Shown here: positions 38,001 through 51,868 of the stretch, one piece after another
Numbering within the stretch: the first letter of the stretch is position 1
Layout: each line of letters starts with the position of its first letter
Assembly: GCF_000181795.1 (NCBI RefSeq)
Contig: NW_003526941.1
Coordinates: 1,460,624 to 1,524,623, forward strand
DNA length: 64,000 nt
Reading direction: 5' to 3'
Origin: Trichinella spiralis
Taxonomy: Eukaryota
Notes under the pieces: generated by a model
Told to the model about the DNA's origin: nothing
The model's database searches: none
Seen by the model: only the letters and a program-made list of their open reading frames with translations
Made by a program: the position numbers and the translations under genes

Positions 38001-39483
38001 CAACTGCTGCTAATCACTTTTCACCTCCTTTTCTACACACATACACATACATATATATAGACACATTCTCGTTCCTCTTTCTTTTCTCACAATGTTTTCT
38101 CTCTTCTACTGCAGATGATGATGATTATTATGATGCATGTTTCTCTCAATCTCTCTCGGCTACACTTCAATCCAGCCGGCTTGTCACACAAACATACACA
38201 CAGCTTTTCAACAAAACAAGCGCGCACACACACACACACCACTCTCTTTCGGAACGAACGTTTTATCCCAGCTTCTTCCCTCTGTGTGAACTGAACTGAA
38301 CTGAACTGAACTGATGAAGCAGAGTAAAGTGAAAAATGTTGTTGTCGTCTTTCACGTTTTTTTCTCTTTGCATTCTTTCTAAGCTCTTCAATCTTTCCCC
38401 AATCCACAATGCATGCTCGAAGCTTAGCAGCGCACGATCAGTGCATCACCACTCAACTCAACTCAACCCAACCCAACCAGGCTAGCGTTGAAAAAGAGCA
38501 AAACGAAAACTTAAACCCTCCCCCTCCAGCCATAATGTATACTCCATATATATACATGTTCAGGCACAGATTTTGCTCACCGTATATTTTTCGGAAAGCA
38601 AAATTAAACAATACGAAAAATACCAATTGAAGCAACAAACTAATAACAGGCAAAAATAGGTTGAAATGACGCGGAAAGTGGCACAAACAAAACTGTTGTG
38701 GTGGTGGTGGTTGTGGTGCAGTAGCAGCAGCAATTTTCTCGTCGGTACAAGAAAAAAGGGGACAAATACCCAGCACACGCCGTGCACGCCATTATTGCAG
38801 TCAGTCAAAGAAAAGAACCAAATAGAATGACAAAAAAGCAAACAACAACAGCAAATAATGCAGAAATAAAACGGTAGAAGAGGAAACGTTCCCTCGGAAA
38901 AAAGCACAATAATAAATGGAATTTCGCTTACCTGCAACATCAACGGAGGCATTGTAGCGGCTGCGGCTGCGGCTGCGGCTGCGGCCGCGGCGGCCGTGTA
39001 AGAATAGGGTATATACAGAGCACTGTTGTTCAGAGTTGGAGCCGACGAGTTGGCCGACGCGGTCGAACAAGGCATGGGAACGGTCGCCAGACTGCTGGGC
39101 AAAGGGTTCCGATGTTGCACTGACATTGAAAACTTTTTGAACGCCGTAAATTTATCTGCAATTAACAACTTTTCAATTAGGCGCCAATTCAATTCCGGCT
39201 TGTTTGTTTGTTTACCAGTTTGGGCTGCCGGTGTCGCAGGCGCTTGCACCGCAGCCGGAGCAGGAGCCGGCGGCGGCGGTGGCGGAGGCGGACAAGGCTC
39301 GGCTCCGTTGGTACCGCTGGTCGACACCGAAACCGGAGCCGTAGCTTGGACTCTGGAAACGGTGACAGTCGGCTCGGTATTCACAGCAGGGCAGCTGTTG
39401 TGGCTGCCGCTATTACTCGTGCTACTGCTACCAACAACAACAACAACACCGTTGCTGTTGCTGCTATTGCTATTGCCGCTATT

Positions 39484-39514
<31 letters not shown>

Positions 39515-39744
39515 GTAGCGGTGGCAGCTGTGGTAGTAGTAGTAGTAGTGATCGTTGTCGTAGAAGGCGGGGCAGCGACGTCATCGCCGGAGGCAGCTTT
39601 TGGAATCTCATCTTCGGCCATCCGGCTCAAATCGCCCTTCTCCTCGGTGACAATGTCGCATTTCAAGCGAACAACCCCTTTGGTGTCGTCGCAGTCACCT
39701 TCGCTGCGGTACGTCTTCGGCTTTTCCTCGACGTCCTCAGGCAT
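27785..39744 (-). CDS. pop-1: TCF/LEF HMG-box transcription factor (pop-1/pangolin-like) with beta-catenin-binding N-terminus and C-clamp
   Basis: Exon 1 (39744-38932) [26 protein letters not shown] resembles the beta-catenin-binding domain; phase-0 join LQ|GNRLPF to the exon at 29854; HMG box [64 protein letters not shown]; basic tail KKKRKRDK; C-clamp [28 protein letters not shown]; stop at 27785-27787. Confidence 0.93.
34666..34698. repeat. (CA)n microsatellite in TCF intron 1
   Basis: Direct read of about 16 AC units. Confidence 0.95.
38288..38314. repeat. (GAACT)n pentanucleotide microsatellite
   Basis: gaactgaactgaactgaactgaactga read directly. Confidence 0.9.
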
Positions 39745-40534
39745 CTTGTTCTTCTACTTAATTGCTGCTGGCCTGCGTGATTTCAGGTGAACAAACGATC
39801 GCTGCTTAACATCATCGTCGACATCGGTTGAACGATTTGAAAAAAAAATACAAAACCAATAAGCCACCAACAACAACAATAACAACAACAACAACAGAAA
39901 CGGTCAACAATGAACAGAAAAATGGAAAATATTGTCAAAAAATGCTGTTGTGCGTGCGTGTGGCTTGGTTGAACGACAGGCTGGCTGGCTGTCTGGTTGG
40001 TTGATTGGTCGGTCGGTAGGTCGGTTGGTTGGCTATTTGCGACAAATGGAAAAATTTGTTCTCCAATAAAAAAATACGACAATTTTTTTCCTTCCAACAA
40101 CACCAACAATTATGATAATTTAAATAGCCAGGCAAAGAGCAAACTTTGCTGAGAGCAACTGAAATTGCAAAAATAAATTTGAACAAGAAACAACAAAACA
40201 AAGCGGAGAAAACAAGTAGCAACGAGAAAAAAAAATTCACACATAGCACGCGAGCGCGCGGTTCGAGAGTGAGAAAGAAAAAACAGAAACGCATTCGCGC
40301 GTCTACTACGGTTGTTCAAATGGCGCGAAATTTGGATGCGCGTGGACGTGTGCGTTGGTCACCACGTCGCGCCCGAGGACCAGACAAACCTGAGACTAGT
40401 GACCACAACAAGCCGGCGAGAGACTGTGCCGTCGAGGCGCGGTCACTGGACGGTCAACCAAAACCGCTAACCAATTAGCCTCAGCGGCGAAAAGCGCGCG
40501 CGCCGAGGCCGCCGTCGCGCAGCTCGTTCCGACC

Positions 40535-40583
40535 GGCAGGCAGGCAGGCAGGCAGGCAAGCCGGCCGGCCGGCCGGCCGGCCC
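40535..40583. repeat. Compound (GGCA)6-(CCGG)5 tetranucleotide repeat in the GC-rich island upstream of TCF
   Basis: Direct read: ggcaggcaggcaggcaggcaggcaag ccggccggccggccggccggccc. Confidence 0.95.
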
Positions 40584-42170
40584 GCAGGACGGCATAGACA
40601 AAGCCATCGTTACAGTATGACCAATTGTTGATCGACAAGATTGAATTCGACACTGCCGTTCGGAGTGGTAAAAAAATCTAAAAAAACAATAACAAAAAAG
40701 TAAAAAAAAGATATACAATGTCTGTTTGGCAAGTGTTGCTTGAAAAATTAACATTCTACAAAAGTAGTTGATATTTACCATTCGTGTAAAACATATGGAT
40801 GTGAAAAATAATAGTGCGATTGCATTTTTCATTTTGCAAAATCCCATGCGACATGTCGAAAAAGCACAAATGTTGTTAAATGTAGCCCAGACGTCTGTGC
40901 ATATGTGCTTGGTGGAAATATACGTTGCGACGATGAAACGGAAAATCATCACAACCGACGGCCTCCGTGTTCAACAACGGCAGCAATGTGAAATGGAAAC
41001 GGCGTGAAAATATAATTGCGCTCCGGAATGGAGTCGCGGACAGACGTGAAACGGCGCAAAACTGGAACGCATCACTGTCAAAGCAGCTGTCCGCCGGCAA
41101 GCCAAGGCCAGGCATGGACTGAAGCGTTTCTCTTCTAACAAACTCCCCCGCCCTCTTAAGCACAAACTGACGACAACGTTTTGTCCGACAACAACGAACC
41201 GCAAAATTCCTGACTCACCCCCAGAAAATCTACCAAGCACGTTTGAATAATAAAGTGGAAAGCAAAGTTCAAAAAAGTATATGTATATTATAATAATTAT
41301 GGGTTAAAAACAAAAACTGCCAATTTGTGCAACGAGCAGTGTGTTTCGTTCAAATCAACTTTGCTTGATTGACGTTTCTTTTTAACAAAATTTTCCCAAC
41401 AGATCTTGCTCGAAAAATGTCTGATCATAAAATGTTGATGAAATGGAATTTAAAATTTCAACCAAAATTTTCACTTACTTTTTCAAATTTAACCTTTACA
41501 AAGTGTCATCTTCTTCATCTTTACAAGGTTACTTAATGATTATACTGCGCATGATTCTTTGTTGTACACCTGTACAACCAATTTCAAATGCTGCTCTGCT
41601 GTTCATTGGAAAAATTATTGCCATCTGTATTCATCAATAAAACAACCCCATTTCAGAAAAATGTATACTTCGAAAAAATAAATAAATATATGTATACTTT
41701 TTTCATTTTTGAATTTAAATATAACCCGCAGGATACCAACTGCGGGCACAGCATCTGTCGAAGGTCGCATACTCTTTTGCATGCAAATCTGTCGAGCGTA
41801 AATATGACTGTTTTCATGTTTGCCGAAATAAAATTGCAAAAAACTCCACCATCAAATGAAAACACAATAATACTTGTGAACTAAATAAAATAAATTATTA
41901 TTATAATTAAGCAAACAATGGACAATATGATACGTGGCCGAAAAAAGTAACCTTTCCTTCAACGGAATTAATAATAAAATAAATAATTAAAAGAACAAAA
42001 TAAATAAATAAATAAATAAAATCAAAAACCCCTCAAAGAAAAGAAACAGTGTACGTACAAGAAAGCCTGCGGTGCATGTGTAGAAATGGCTTACCTCTCT
42101 TCCTGCTGTTTGGGAAAAATTCAATTTTAAATGTTATCTCGAATATCGGTCGCAGAGAAACAGCAACAGA

Positions 42171-42203
<33 letters not shown>

Positions 42204-43672
42204 CAGTTATCGCCAGCAACAGTGAATAATAATAGCAAGCTAAAAATGAAAATTCAGTCAGTCAGTTTTTTTTTCTCATTTGCATGCTACATTCTTGGAC
42301 TTTGTCGTTGTTGTTCTCTCTGCTCGTCGTCAATTCGCCTGCATCTATCTTTCTGCTAGTTCTCCACATCCACATTCAACTTTGGCAAACAGCAAAATAT
42401 CGAAAAATTCCCCTTTCGACAACAATATTAAAATTACAAAACATCGCCGGATGTTCTTTTGCGTTGCTGCAAACAATGAACTAACTCTGCCAGCATCCGT
42501 TTGTCTGCAGACGATCGCACACAACTGTGCATGAAGCTATAAGGAGAAGAGAAAAAAATCTAAAAATGAAAAAGAATGGCGAAAAAGAAAAACGACATGA
42601 CATTTCAAGTGAAAAGAGCTTCAAAATATTCAGAAAATAGATGGGAACGTTCCGCACTGGTGAAGCTGTAAGAAAAAGTGCAGAGCGATGGAAACGCTTG
42701 TACAGATGTCGGCAGATTAGACCAAAAATAAAATAAAGCCGCGTTCAGACAGAGCTCAGAACATAGCTAGTTAGCTGTCTTCGGGTGGAGTTGACAATTT
42801 CTCAGCCGTGCAAATATAACATCGCGCCATTTCAAAATTTTCGTTCATCATTCTTCTTCCTCAACTCTGCGCTTCACTCCACCCACCACCCTCCAACTCC
42901 ATACGCCCCTTTCCATCTCTGCCCCTGCCCTTCTTTTTCACCAAACTACTCAACAACATTAAAGTACAAAATTGACAATGTCACTTGTTTATGGAATATG
43001 TGGACAACGACGGTGAAAAGAATTAAAATTGCACACAAACACAAATACACCACAAACACACAATCAATTTAGAATGCGCAAATGCGTAAAGCAAAGATGA
43101 AGCAGCAGCAGTTCGTTGCTACTGAGAGGGAGGGAATTTGTTGCTTACTTAAGAAAAAGATATTTTCGCTCGCCCTGCTAACGCGAGCTGCACTTATTGT
43201 TCCACCTGATCTACCAGCAGCACGTCAGCCAAAAATGAAATTTCATCGACGTCCTTTTCATCAACTCTGTGCTTCTCCACATCTGCACACACTGCCAACG
43301 GTGAAAATTCATCAAAAACCGCATACCAACCAACCAAGCTGAGAAATAAACTCGAATGTGCGCAGTTTATGAAATCATCAACGAAACAAAATTCAACAAC
43401 AACACAAAAATTGTACAACAAATGTATAATATGCCCCACCCACAGACTTATATATATATGTATAATATGCTACTACTTGGTAGAAACATGAAGTAATTTT
43501 CTTAAGTCTTCATTTACACATCCATTGATTGCAAAATGCTCGTGTACCGTGCAGTTATTTTCTTCTTTGTTTTGTTTTCTTTCACTGGGTAAAGCACTTT
43601 CATTTTCATCACAATTGGACAATTACCATTATTACATCAGCTCACCAACAACAACAAATGTAATTTGTGCTA

Positions 43673-43680
<8 letters not shown>

Positions 43681-43740
<60 letters not shown>
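43681..43740. repeat. (AT)30 microsatellite
   Basis: 60 bp of perfect AT repeat. Confidence 0.98.
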
Positions 43741-43743
<3 letters not shown>

Positions 43744-46700
43744 CTTTGAAGACAATTTTTCTCCGTCTCAAAATATAATATAACAACAACAGCAGCTAAA
43801 CGGATTGTCAAAGTTGAAAGCCCAGCTCAAAGAATAAGTGAATGTTGACAAATGAAAAATGAATGGAGTATATAATGATTAATGACAACAGTCTACTTTT
43901 TCCGCTTTTTAAAAATGTACGTAAATATTTTTTTCTTTGTCTCAATTCTTGCTTTGTGTGCTATTATATGTTTATTTGATTTGAAACAGAAATGAAAAAA
44001 ATTTTTTTGAAATGCTCCTCCCTTCAGAAATTACTTGCCGCATATGAAAGAGAATAAACAATTGAATAAATATAAACTTACCATAATTTTGTATTTATCT
44101 GAAGTGCAGGAGAAGCCAATCCAATCAATGCCGTTCAGCTTCGCAGTCTCAGAGAGAAACCGAAAAAAGGTATTATCATCACTGCTAACAGGAAATGGGC
44201 TTGATATGCATGCATGCTTGTCGTCCTTTGCACTTTGTCGACGACGCACGTGCATTTCCCGCTACCAGCTCTATCCCGTTACACGAAAAGTTGCTCACAT
44301 AGTGCCAATCACAACATCAACCAAATGCTGCTTAAAATTGTCATCAATAAAATGATAATGACAAAAATACATAAAAACATTTCATCTGAACTTCAAATAT
44401 GCAACAATTATTCCATACAGCCAACACATTAGATATTATTAGATATTGGATATCATTGTCAGTAATTAAAACAAATTAAAACACAAAAATTATCAAATAA
44501 AGTGACAAAACTGATTTTTCATCACTTGTTTTCAGTTTGCCTTTTTATCATCAACTAATTTCAACTTTTATCACAGTTAAATGCAAAGGTTAACACAACA
44601 GCACTGCCAAACAGCGTGTAAACAGTGCAAACGTCGCGCAATCTGGCCAATCGCTGTTGCTAAAAATGAACACTGAGAAAAAAAGTTTTGCTTTCTGCAA
44701 ATTAAAAAAAGTCCTACATATAACAGCTGAAATCGAAAACAAAAACTCCCACTTGAAAAAACATATTTATACGTGCATGTATGCATGCGTGCATGGGTAG
44801 TGTGCGTAGGATAGGGGCAGATAAATTAATAAATATATATATATATATTATTGTATATTGTTATTATGAATAAACCAAATCGAGGAAGTTACCGATCAGT
44901 GTCAGTTTATCAGTGAAGTAAGAAGAAACGTTGTGTCGGCAATATGGGGGACATCGATGACGACCGACTGCAACGGAGACTGATGTGCTCGGTGATACGG
45001 TGCCCCAAAGGGTCAGTAAACGTTCGGCTGCCAGATAAAGCAAACCAAATCGATCTCGTCGGAGTTGAACCGAACCAAAATTGGAGTTAACCCGTCACGC
45101 CAACGACCATGTCAAAACAACAGCAAACCAACCAAACTTTTCCCCCATCTAGAAGAAGAAAGCGATGCTAATTTTCAACTGAAAGCACTGTATATATACG
45201 TATGCATATGCATGCGCATATGGATATGTATGTTACTGAAGAGAAAGATTGAAAAAGTGCGGGTGATTGATTGGTGGGAATAAAGACGAAGAAAATTGAA
45301 TATGAATTGGTGTGGTGGAGTTGGTTGAAAGTTAAAGCTAGCCTAGCTAGCAAGCAAGCAAGAGCTAGCTAGCTAAACAGACCGACCACATAACTTACCA
45401 ACTAGACTAACATCAGACAAGACGACAACTCGCTTTTCACCTGCGAAGAAAGCAAAAGGGAGAGAGAGAGAGGAAGAGGGGGAGAAATTTATATAAAAAA
45501 ATAAAATAGAATAAAAGTGAAATTCAACAACGTCGTACTTGTATCACACTGCCTGGAGGGAATTTTCTCTGCTTTCTGCAACAAAGCTGCAAAGATCTAA
45601 CTTTTCAACGTCGTTTCTTTTTTTCTCTTTTTTTTCTTCTTTCCACTGTTTCTTTCGTCATACTGTAACTGAAGAAAAAAAATAAGACAAAAAAGAAAAA
45701 AAATACCAAAATGCAAAACTACTTGCTGATCACTTCTCAACACAGCTTTGTTGAAGTCCAGTCAAGTTCACATGAACACCACCGTTAACAGCAGAATGCT
45801 GAATTTGTTTTGTTGGAATGTTAATTTTTTTCCACCTTTCAAAAATGCTGTCCTCCCTCCCCTTCTCCACATGCTAACAATAATTAATAATAATGCAAAT
45901 ATACAATGGAGCACACATTTGTTTTCTGCGCAATGCGATAATTACAAGCACACACACACACACATACATACATACAGGTATACAGGGTTTGCAGACGGTT
46001 ACAAGAACAAAAGCAAAAGAAAGAAGAGAAAGAGAGAGAGAATATAAAAGAAATTACAATACAATCATGGCGCGTTCGATTTTGTCATGCCCAGAAATGT
46101 TATTTAACTATAATACCAAAGACAATAATTTATTTTCAACAGTAAATAGAATAATAATTTTACTTGTGCTTGTGTGTGCTACAGCAGCAGTAAAATTGAA
46201 CGCCGATAACAAGCTTCACTGTGATACATGCATGTTGGACTGGTTAATAAGCTAAAGTCAACAACTGAACGACGACCGTAAATGGGTTATTTCAGCATTC
46301 AGCTGCGGAACGTTGATAACATCTGCGCTGTCAAGATTTTCATGGCCGTAAGTAAGTAAGCTTTCAAGAAAAGCTGACAACAACAATGTTCTTCGATTCG
46401 TCGTTGAAGAGAATATACGAAGAATTTGTAAAATCTCTCCACCACCACCACCACAAAACAAAAATGCAAATGCAAATATACCAAAAACGAAGTTTATCAC
46501 ATTCAAAAATTAACTTAATCAATGCTGTGGTAGCCTATTTTCAACACAATCTTTTTCACTGCATCTTCATTCAACACTTACTAACTATAATTTTTTTAAA
46601 AAAAGAAGAAGAAAAAATAAAAATAGCTAAATTCAAATAGAAACACTTTAAAAGATTCTGAATTGTTAATTCTTCTTAATATAACAGACCTTGTAAACTT

Positions 46701-49700
46701 CAGATTATATATAAATTGATACAAATTATTGACAACAGATGTTGGATTATTATTATAATATTTCTGTTTAATTTGAATGGAAATCAAAATTGCACAACAA
46801 GAAAAAATTTTCTCCACTGTTGTGAATTGAAACTAAATTTCCAAAAACATCCCACCCTTTCGCACATACACAAACAACTATATATAGATACATATACACA
46901 TGCAGACAACCCAGTTGCAAAATACCGTATGCAATTAAACAATTCTGACAGCTGATTGGCAATTTTCTAAAATTGCTTTTTTTCACAAAGGAGCACCGTT
47001 TTCGCGTTCGACTAGCAAAACCTAAGCTGACAAAGTTATCATTGAAATTTCCAATAGCAAAATTTGCCCGAATCGATCCGCACAGACCGGAAATGACAAA
47101 TCAGAAAAATAAGATTGACAAACGGCAAACTCTTCTCCCTGGATTGACAACCGTCAGCAATAAGAGAATACACACACCTGATGGCCATTTGCAATTAAAA
47201 TGGAAAAAAAGGAAAAGAAAATATCCTGGAAAGCAGGCATTCAATACACATCACATACATATGCAGATGTGAGGACGAGCTGTGATGAAGTTGCAAAAGA
47301 AATTATGAAATGCCAAGAAGAAGAAAAAAAGAAAATGAAAAATATTAAAATAAACTCTTCCAACAAAATCTACCACCACCACCAACTAACTCTGCTAATT
47401 GAAGTGCGAAATTTATCCTCGATCTTCCAGATCAAAAATGATGCCTGTGAAAAACAAGAACAAAAAAAAAAGCAAATCTCCCTTCTCATCTTTTGGTCGA
47501 AACAAAAGCTCATACAGCAAGCTTACGACGTGAGGAGCGACAGGTGGACGAGGTGACACGGGCAAATGAGAACCACTTTCTACACAAAGCGAGGCTAATT
47601 TGTCGCATAATTAACCAAAATTGCCCCTGCAGATAAAATATACATATTCCACCATTCAGCGAACAACTTTCATCTCAAATAAGCGTTGCAGATTAAAGTG
47701 ATCATCAATTCTGTTGCATAAGCATGCATGATCGAATTTACAATAAAGAACAAAATTGTAAAACGACAACAACAACAACAACAGAATGTGATAAAACAAT
47801 ATTTTTTCAACAATGAAAAATTTTATCATAAATAACTGTGTAAAAGAGGATTATTTTTCTACTGTTGTCAATCATTCTTTATCAATTAGATAAAAAAATC
47901 TACCAAAACTTGGTTGCAGAGTGAAAAATTTCAAATCAATATACATATATGAAATGGAGAATTATTTTAAATAAGACTCACCTAACCGATCAACTGATTG
48001 ACTGTATGCAAAGAACAAAAGCAGGCAGTGTGACCGAATCGCCAGCATTGCCAGTAAACTGTTAATGATTCATGCAACCGAAAAAAACAACCACTCACTG
48101 CCGAAGATAATTCAAATTTAAAAAAGCAATAAATAAATAAATATATATATCTGAGAAAATATAGTAAAAAAAGAGAAGATCTGAGTCATTTGAAAAATGA
48201 ATATACGAACCAAATTTAGAGGCGTCTGGCGTTGTGAAATCCCAGTTGGATTTCTGCATCTGTTCGTAAAAAGCACTGCCGACCGAACAAGAGGAAAAAC
48301 GGGCTAAACGGCGACCATAGGCAAAACGCATCAGTGGAGAGACCAAATAGACAAAGCAGCAACTGAAGCACAACATTCGGCAGGCAAGCCAACGTGACAA
48401 ATCAGATGCAAATTTATCTGACAAGAAAGATTCTAAAGCAATAAGATGAAGAAGAAGAAGATACATACATACAGTTGCTACCGATCATTGACAACAACTT
48501 GGTCAGCATCTGGTGATCTGTCAATAAATAAATGAATATAAAATATACATATATATAATTTCAAAAAATAATAATTTTTTCGACATTGTCAGAGTTGGAA
48601 AATTTGATAAAGTGTTAAATAATGCTGAGATGTGGAATGAGAATGAGAAGAAGATAGGCGGAGCAGACGAGCTCTGTGAATGAGCACGGACAGAAGCGAC
48701 AAACATCTTCATTCGGGTTGACGAAAGCGTTGTCGCAGCAGAATAAAGCAGGAAGCTTTTGATTGAAAAGAAACAAGCACAAAAGCTGGTCATTGTTCTC
48801 GCCGAGCATGACAGACCGGCGCAAAAGATGGGCGGGTTTGGCAAACATTGACTGAGCCGAGCCCCTGTAACACGCGCACATACACACAAACACACAACAG
48901 CTAAGCAACATGACAAACAAAATTCGACCGAAGAATATGCATGCTTACATTTTTGCTTGTTTTCAAAATTTCACTTCTTTATACAAAAAATATGGATATA
49001 TTATTTCAATCACATCTGAATTCACAGACACACATTCATTTTTGTTGAATTATTTTTTTAAACCAATGGTGTATCATTTGAATAAACACAACAACAACAA
49101 TAGCAGCAACGTTCTTTTTTCTGTTCCGAATTACAATATTCAAACTTTCCCAGACAGCTACACCAAGCAAGCAGATCAGTGTAATGTTTGCCGTTTTGTT
49201 GTTGTCTGTTGCAACAGCTGAATTATACACAGCACTGATACAACAAGCGTATAAATTACTCACACACATACACACAGATCTGATGTGATTGATTCACAAA
49301 CAACATTTACAATATGTGTATTGCATGCTACCTACCGTTGATATCATTATTGTTAATAAGAGGAAAAAAATATATATATATCGTGCAATTGTTTTCGCTT
49401 AACCGAGCTATCAAAGTGCACTTACGTTGACAACTGTTGAAAATCTGGGTGGAGTTGAAAATTTACCCTCCGAGGGAATTCTTTCTTACATCATCTGCCT
49501 TTTCTGAAATACTCCAAATACAAATTACTCAACTCGCATGCATATTCACAGAAACAAATTTTACCAGATGTAACAAAAATCTTGGAACTTTCTTTCTGAA
49601 ATGTCATCAATTTCACGTCTTGTTTCTTCTGCTTGGATAAAATTATTTCACTGGTCACTTGGTGATTGATGAAAGCTAAAAATTGCACACGAAACAATTT

Positions 49701-49997
49701 TCAACAATGAACAAAGCATGAGAAAAAAAAGAAAACTATATAATAAATAAGATAAAATATATCACTGAAATTGGATTCATCAGATTTTGTTTTTTGTTTC
49801 AAATTCGAACACCAACCAACCACAATGATGGCTTTACTTATTCTGCACAATGTATAATTCAAAATCAATTACAACGAAAGAAGAGAAGAATAAATAGCGC
49901 GTTGGCTATTTTTCTCGTCCATCTGCTTCGCAACGCAAACGCAACACAACGTAGAAACGCAATTTCTTCTTTTTTTATTTCTTTATTATTTTGCTTT

Positions 49998-51868
49998 TCA
50001 ACTTGTGTGCTCTATACCAACTGTGGTGGTGGTTCTCAATAATGCCACTTTTGTCACATCTTCTCCAAGAATTTCTGTTATTTCTAAAGAGAATACATTT
50101 TTCAATATGATACATTTATCCACATCTATTACAATACTTGTTGTCATATTAGCAGAATTAAAGTGAAGAAAAACAAACACAATCATACAACTACAATCAA
50201 GATAAAAAAAGAAAAAATCTCCATCTTATTTATTTTTGCAAATCTTGGACGATGACAAAAAAACAACGTGCTTTCTTGTTTACCAGATGCAACAACTTGT
50301 GCAACTTTATTAGCAACAAATTCTTACCTTCCACAACGCGATGAAAGCCAAAATGCAAATAGTAAAGAAATCCCATATGCAAAAACAACACCACTGCAAC
50401 AAGGACACATCGATCCCAATTTCGATAGGCACCGTGAAAAAAATATACCACCTAAAAAATACATCTCGCAACAATCGAAGAAATTAAAAATATCTATATG
50501 TATTTTTTTCAATACTAATTTTCCTGCAGCCATGCTTCCAATTGTCAATGCACAGAAATGAAAAAAATAATGCGAATGAAACAGCAAATGTACTATTTCA
50601 GTTATTGCCAGCACAATGCAGTGTGAAAACATGGAATATCCCTAAAATTAAAAAAAAACAAACTAAAATTATTCATTACATAAGCTTAATGTTTTTTTTC
50701 AACACCCCCCCCCCTTAAGATTCGATGATAAAAAATAATTGCACTAGAGCTTTTCAAAAATGAACCACATTTTAAAAATATACCCCGAAACTTGAAACAA
50801 ACGTTCTAAAATTAGAAAATATGCACATTTTCAAACCACGCCAATAATAAAACCCGTCTAGATTTCCACATTCAAAAGTGAATCTTGAAGCATGCACTTC
50901 AACTAGCTTTACCTCTCTCTCTCTCTCTCTCTGTGTGTGTATGCAAACACGAACAAAATTATTCTACTAGATTTGCATAAGTTTTTTTCTTATATTTCTT
51001 TTTCTTAAAACTGAAATTAACAATACGCAATAAATCTTAATTAAAAAAATTTTTTCAAATAATTTTCACAAAAACCATTACCCAAAATAGGTATTTACTA
51101 TCACTGTTCAGTGCATGCACATTTCAATTTCTTACCACAGTTGATAAAACGCCAATAAAAGAATAATTGCTCGAAGAATACAAGCAAAATGCAAACAAAC
51201 AAACTGATGCGAAAAGCCAATAGCTCGTTGCCGTCGCCAACGCAGTACCAATTAAGGTACGATCCTTCTGCAAATTTTAGTATTATTTTTCTTTTTTTTT
51301 TGATAATCAGTTTCATCATATCAAAAAAAACTACATTACATACCACCTTATAGTCAGAATTTTTCATGCCCCACAACAGCAACGCGACAAGCGTAAAAAT
51401 TAGCATCAACGGTCCGTACAAATCATTTTTGATTATCTATATAATTTGGTTCAAAAAGTTCAACAAAACTGAAGATAAAACTTACAATTTTTCTTTTCAT
51501 GGGGAGAACAGAGTTGAGAAGACGATGAACCACTTCAACAGGCGTCACGTCGAAATATGGTCGCAAGAAGTCAACATTAATATAAATGGATACCGCTTTT
51601 TTGATATGTTCACTGCTTGCATCAAATACCTTGAAATTTAATTACTAATTAATTATTGCATTAATAATTATAAGAAAATTATGGAACGTTATTTTTATAT
51701 ATTTAAACATCTTTTTAAAGTACAGAAAAAAATATTTACCATTTTGGTCAAATTCGCATTAAATTGTTGGCCAGTGTCATTTTTTTCAATTTTTGAGGAC
51801 TGAATTTCTCCCTCTGACACAAAATCTCCGGCCGCGTAACGGGAGGAAACTTTCAAAGGCGGTTCCAT
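49998..51868 (-). CDS. YIPF3: YIPF3 (Yip1 family Golgi membrane protein), multi-exon
   Basis: IYINVDFLRPYFDVTPVEVVHRLLNSVLP, DLYGPLMLIFTLVALLLWGMK, RTLIGTALATATSYW, GYSMFSHCIVLAIT and LHMGFLYYLHFGFHRVVE are collinear with YIPF3; not captured as a single ORF in the track. Confidence 0.9.

Noticed and set aside
39026..39790. 254-aa and 190-aa plus-strand ORFs with poly-Leu/Val/Gly
   Set aside because: Antisense shadows of the repeat-rich TCF exon 1; no independent domain signal.
44790..44805. CATGGGTAGTG resembling part of miR-71
   Set aside because: The seed/5' end does not match and there is no hairpin context.
26238..49420. TCF-type sites (CTTTG[A/T][A/T]) at about 26239, 31382, 36850, 37175, 43744 and 49410 as evidence of autoregulation
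   Set aside because: An AT-rich 7-mer occurring a handful of times in about 23 kb is roughly what chance gives; no enrichment can be claimed without a test.
30000..49900. Dozens of 60-160 aa ORFs in the TCF intron and upstream desert
   Set aside because: Low-complexity, Phe/Cys/Leu-biased chance ORFs from AT-rich and microsatellite sequence, with no recognisable motifs.
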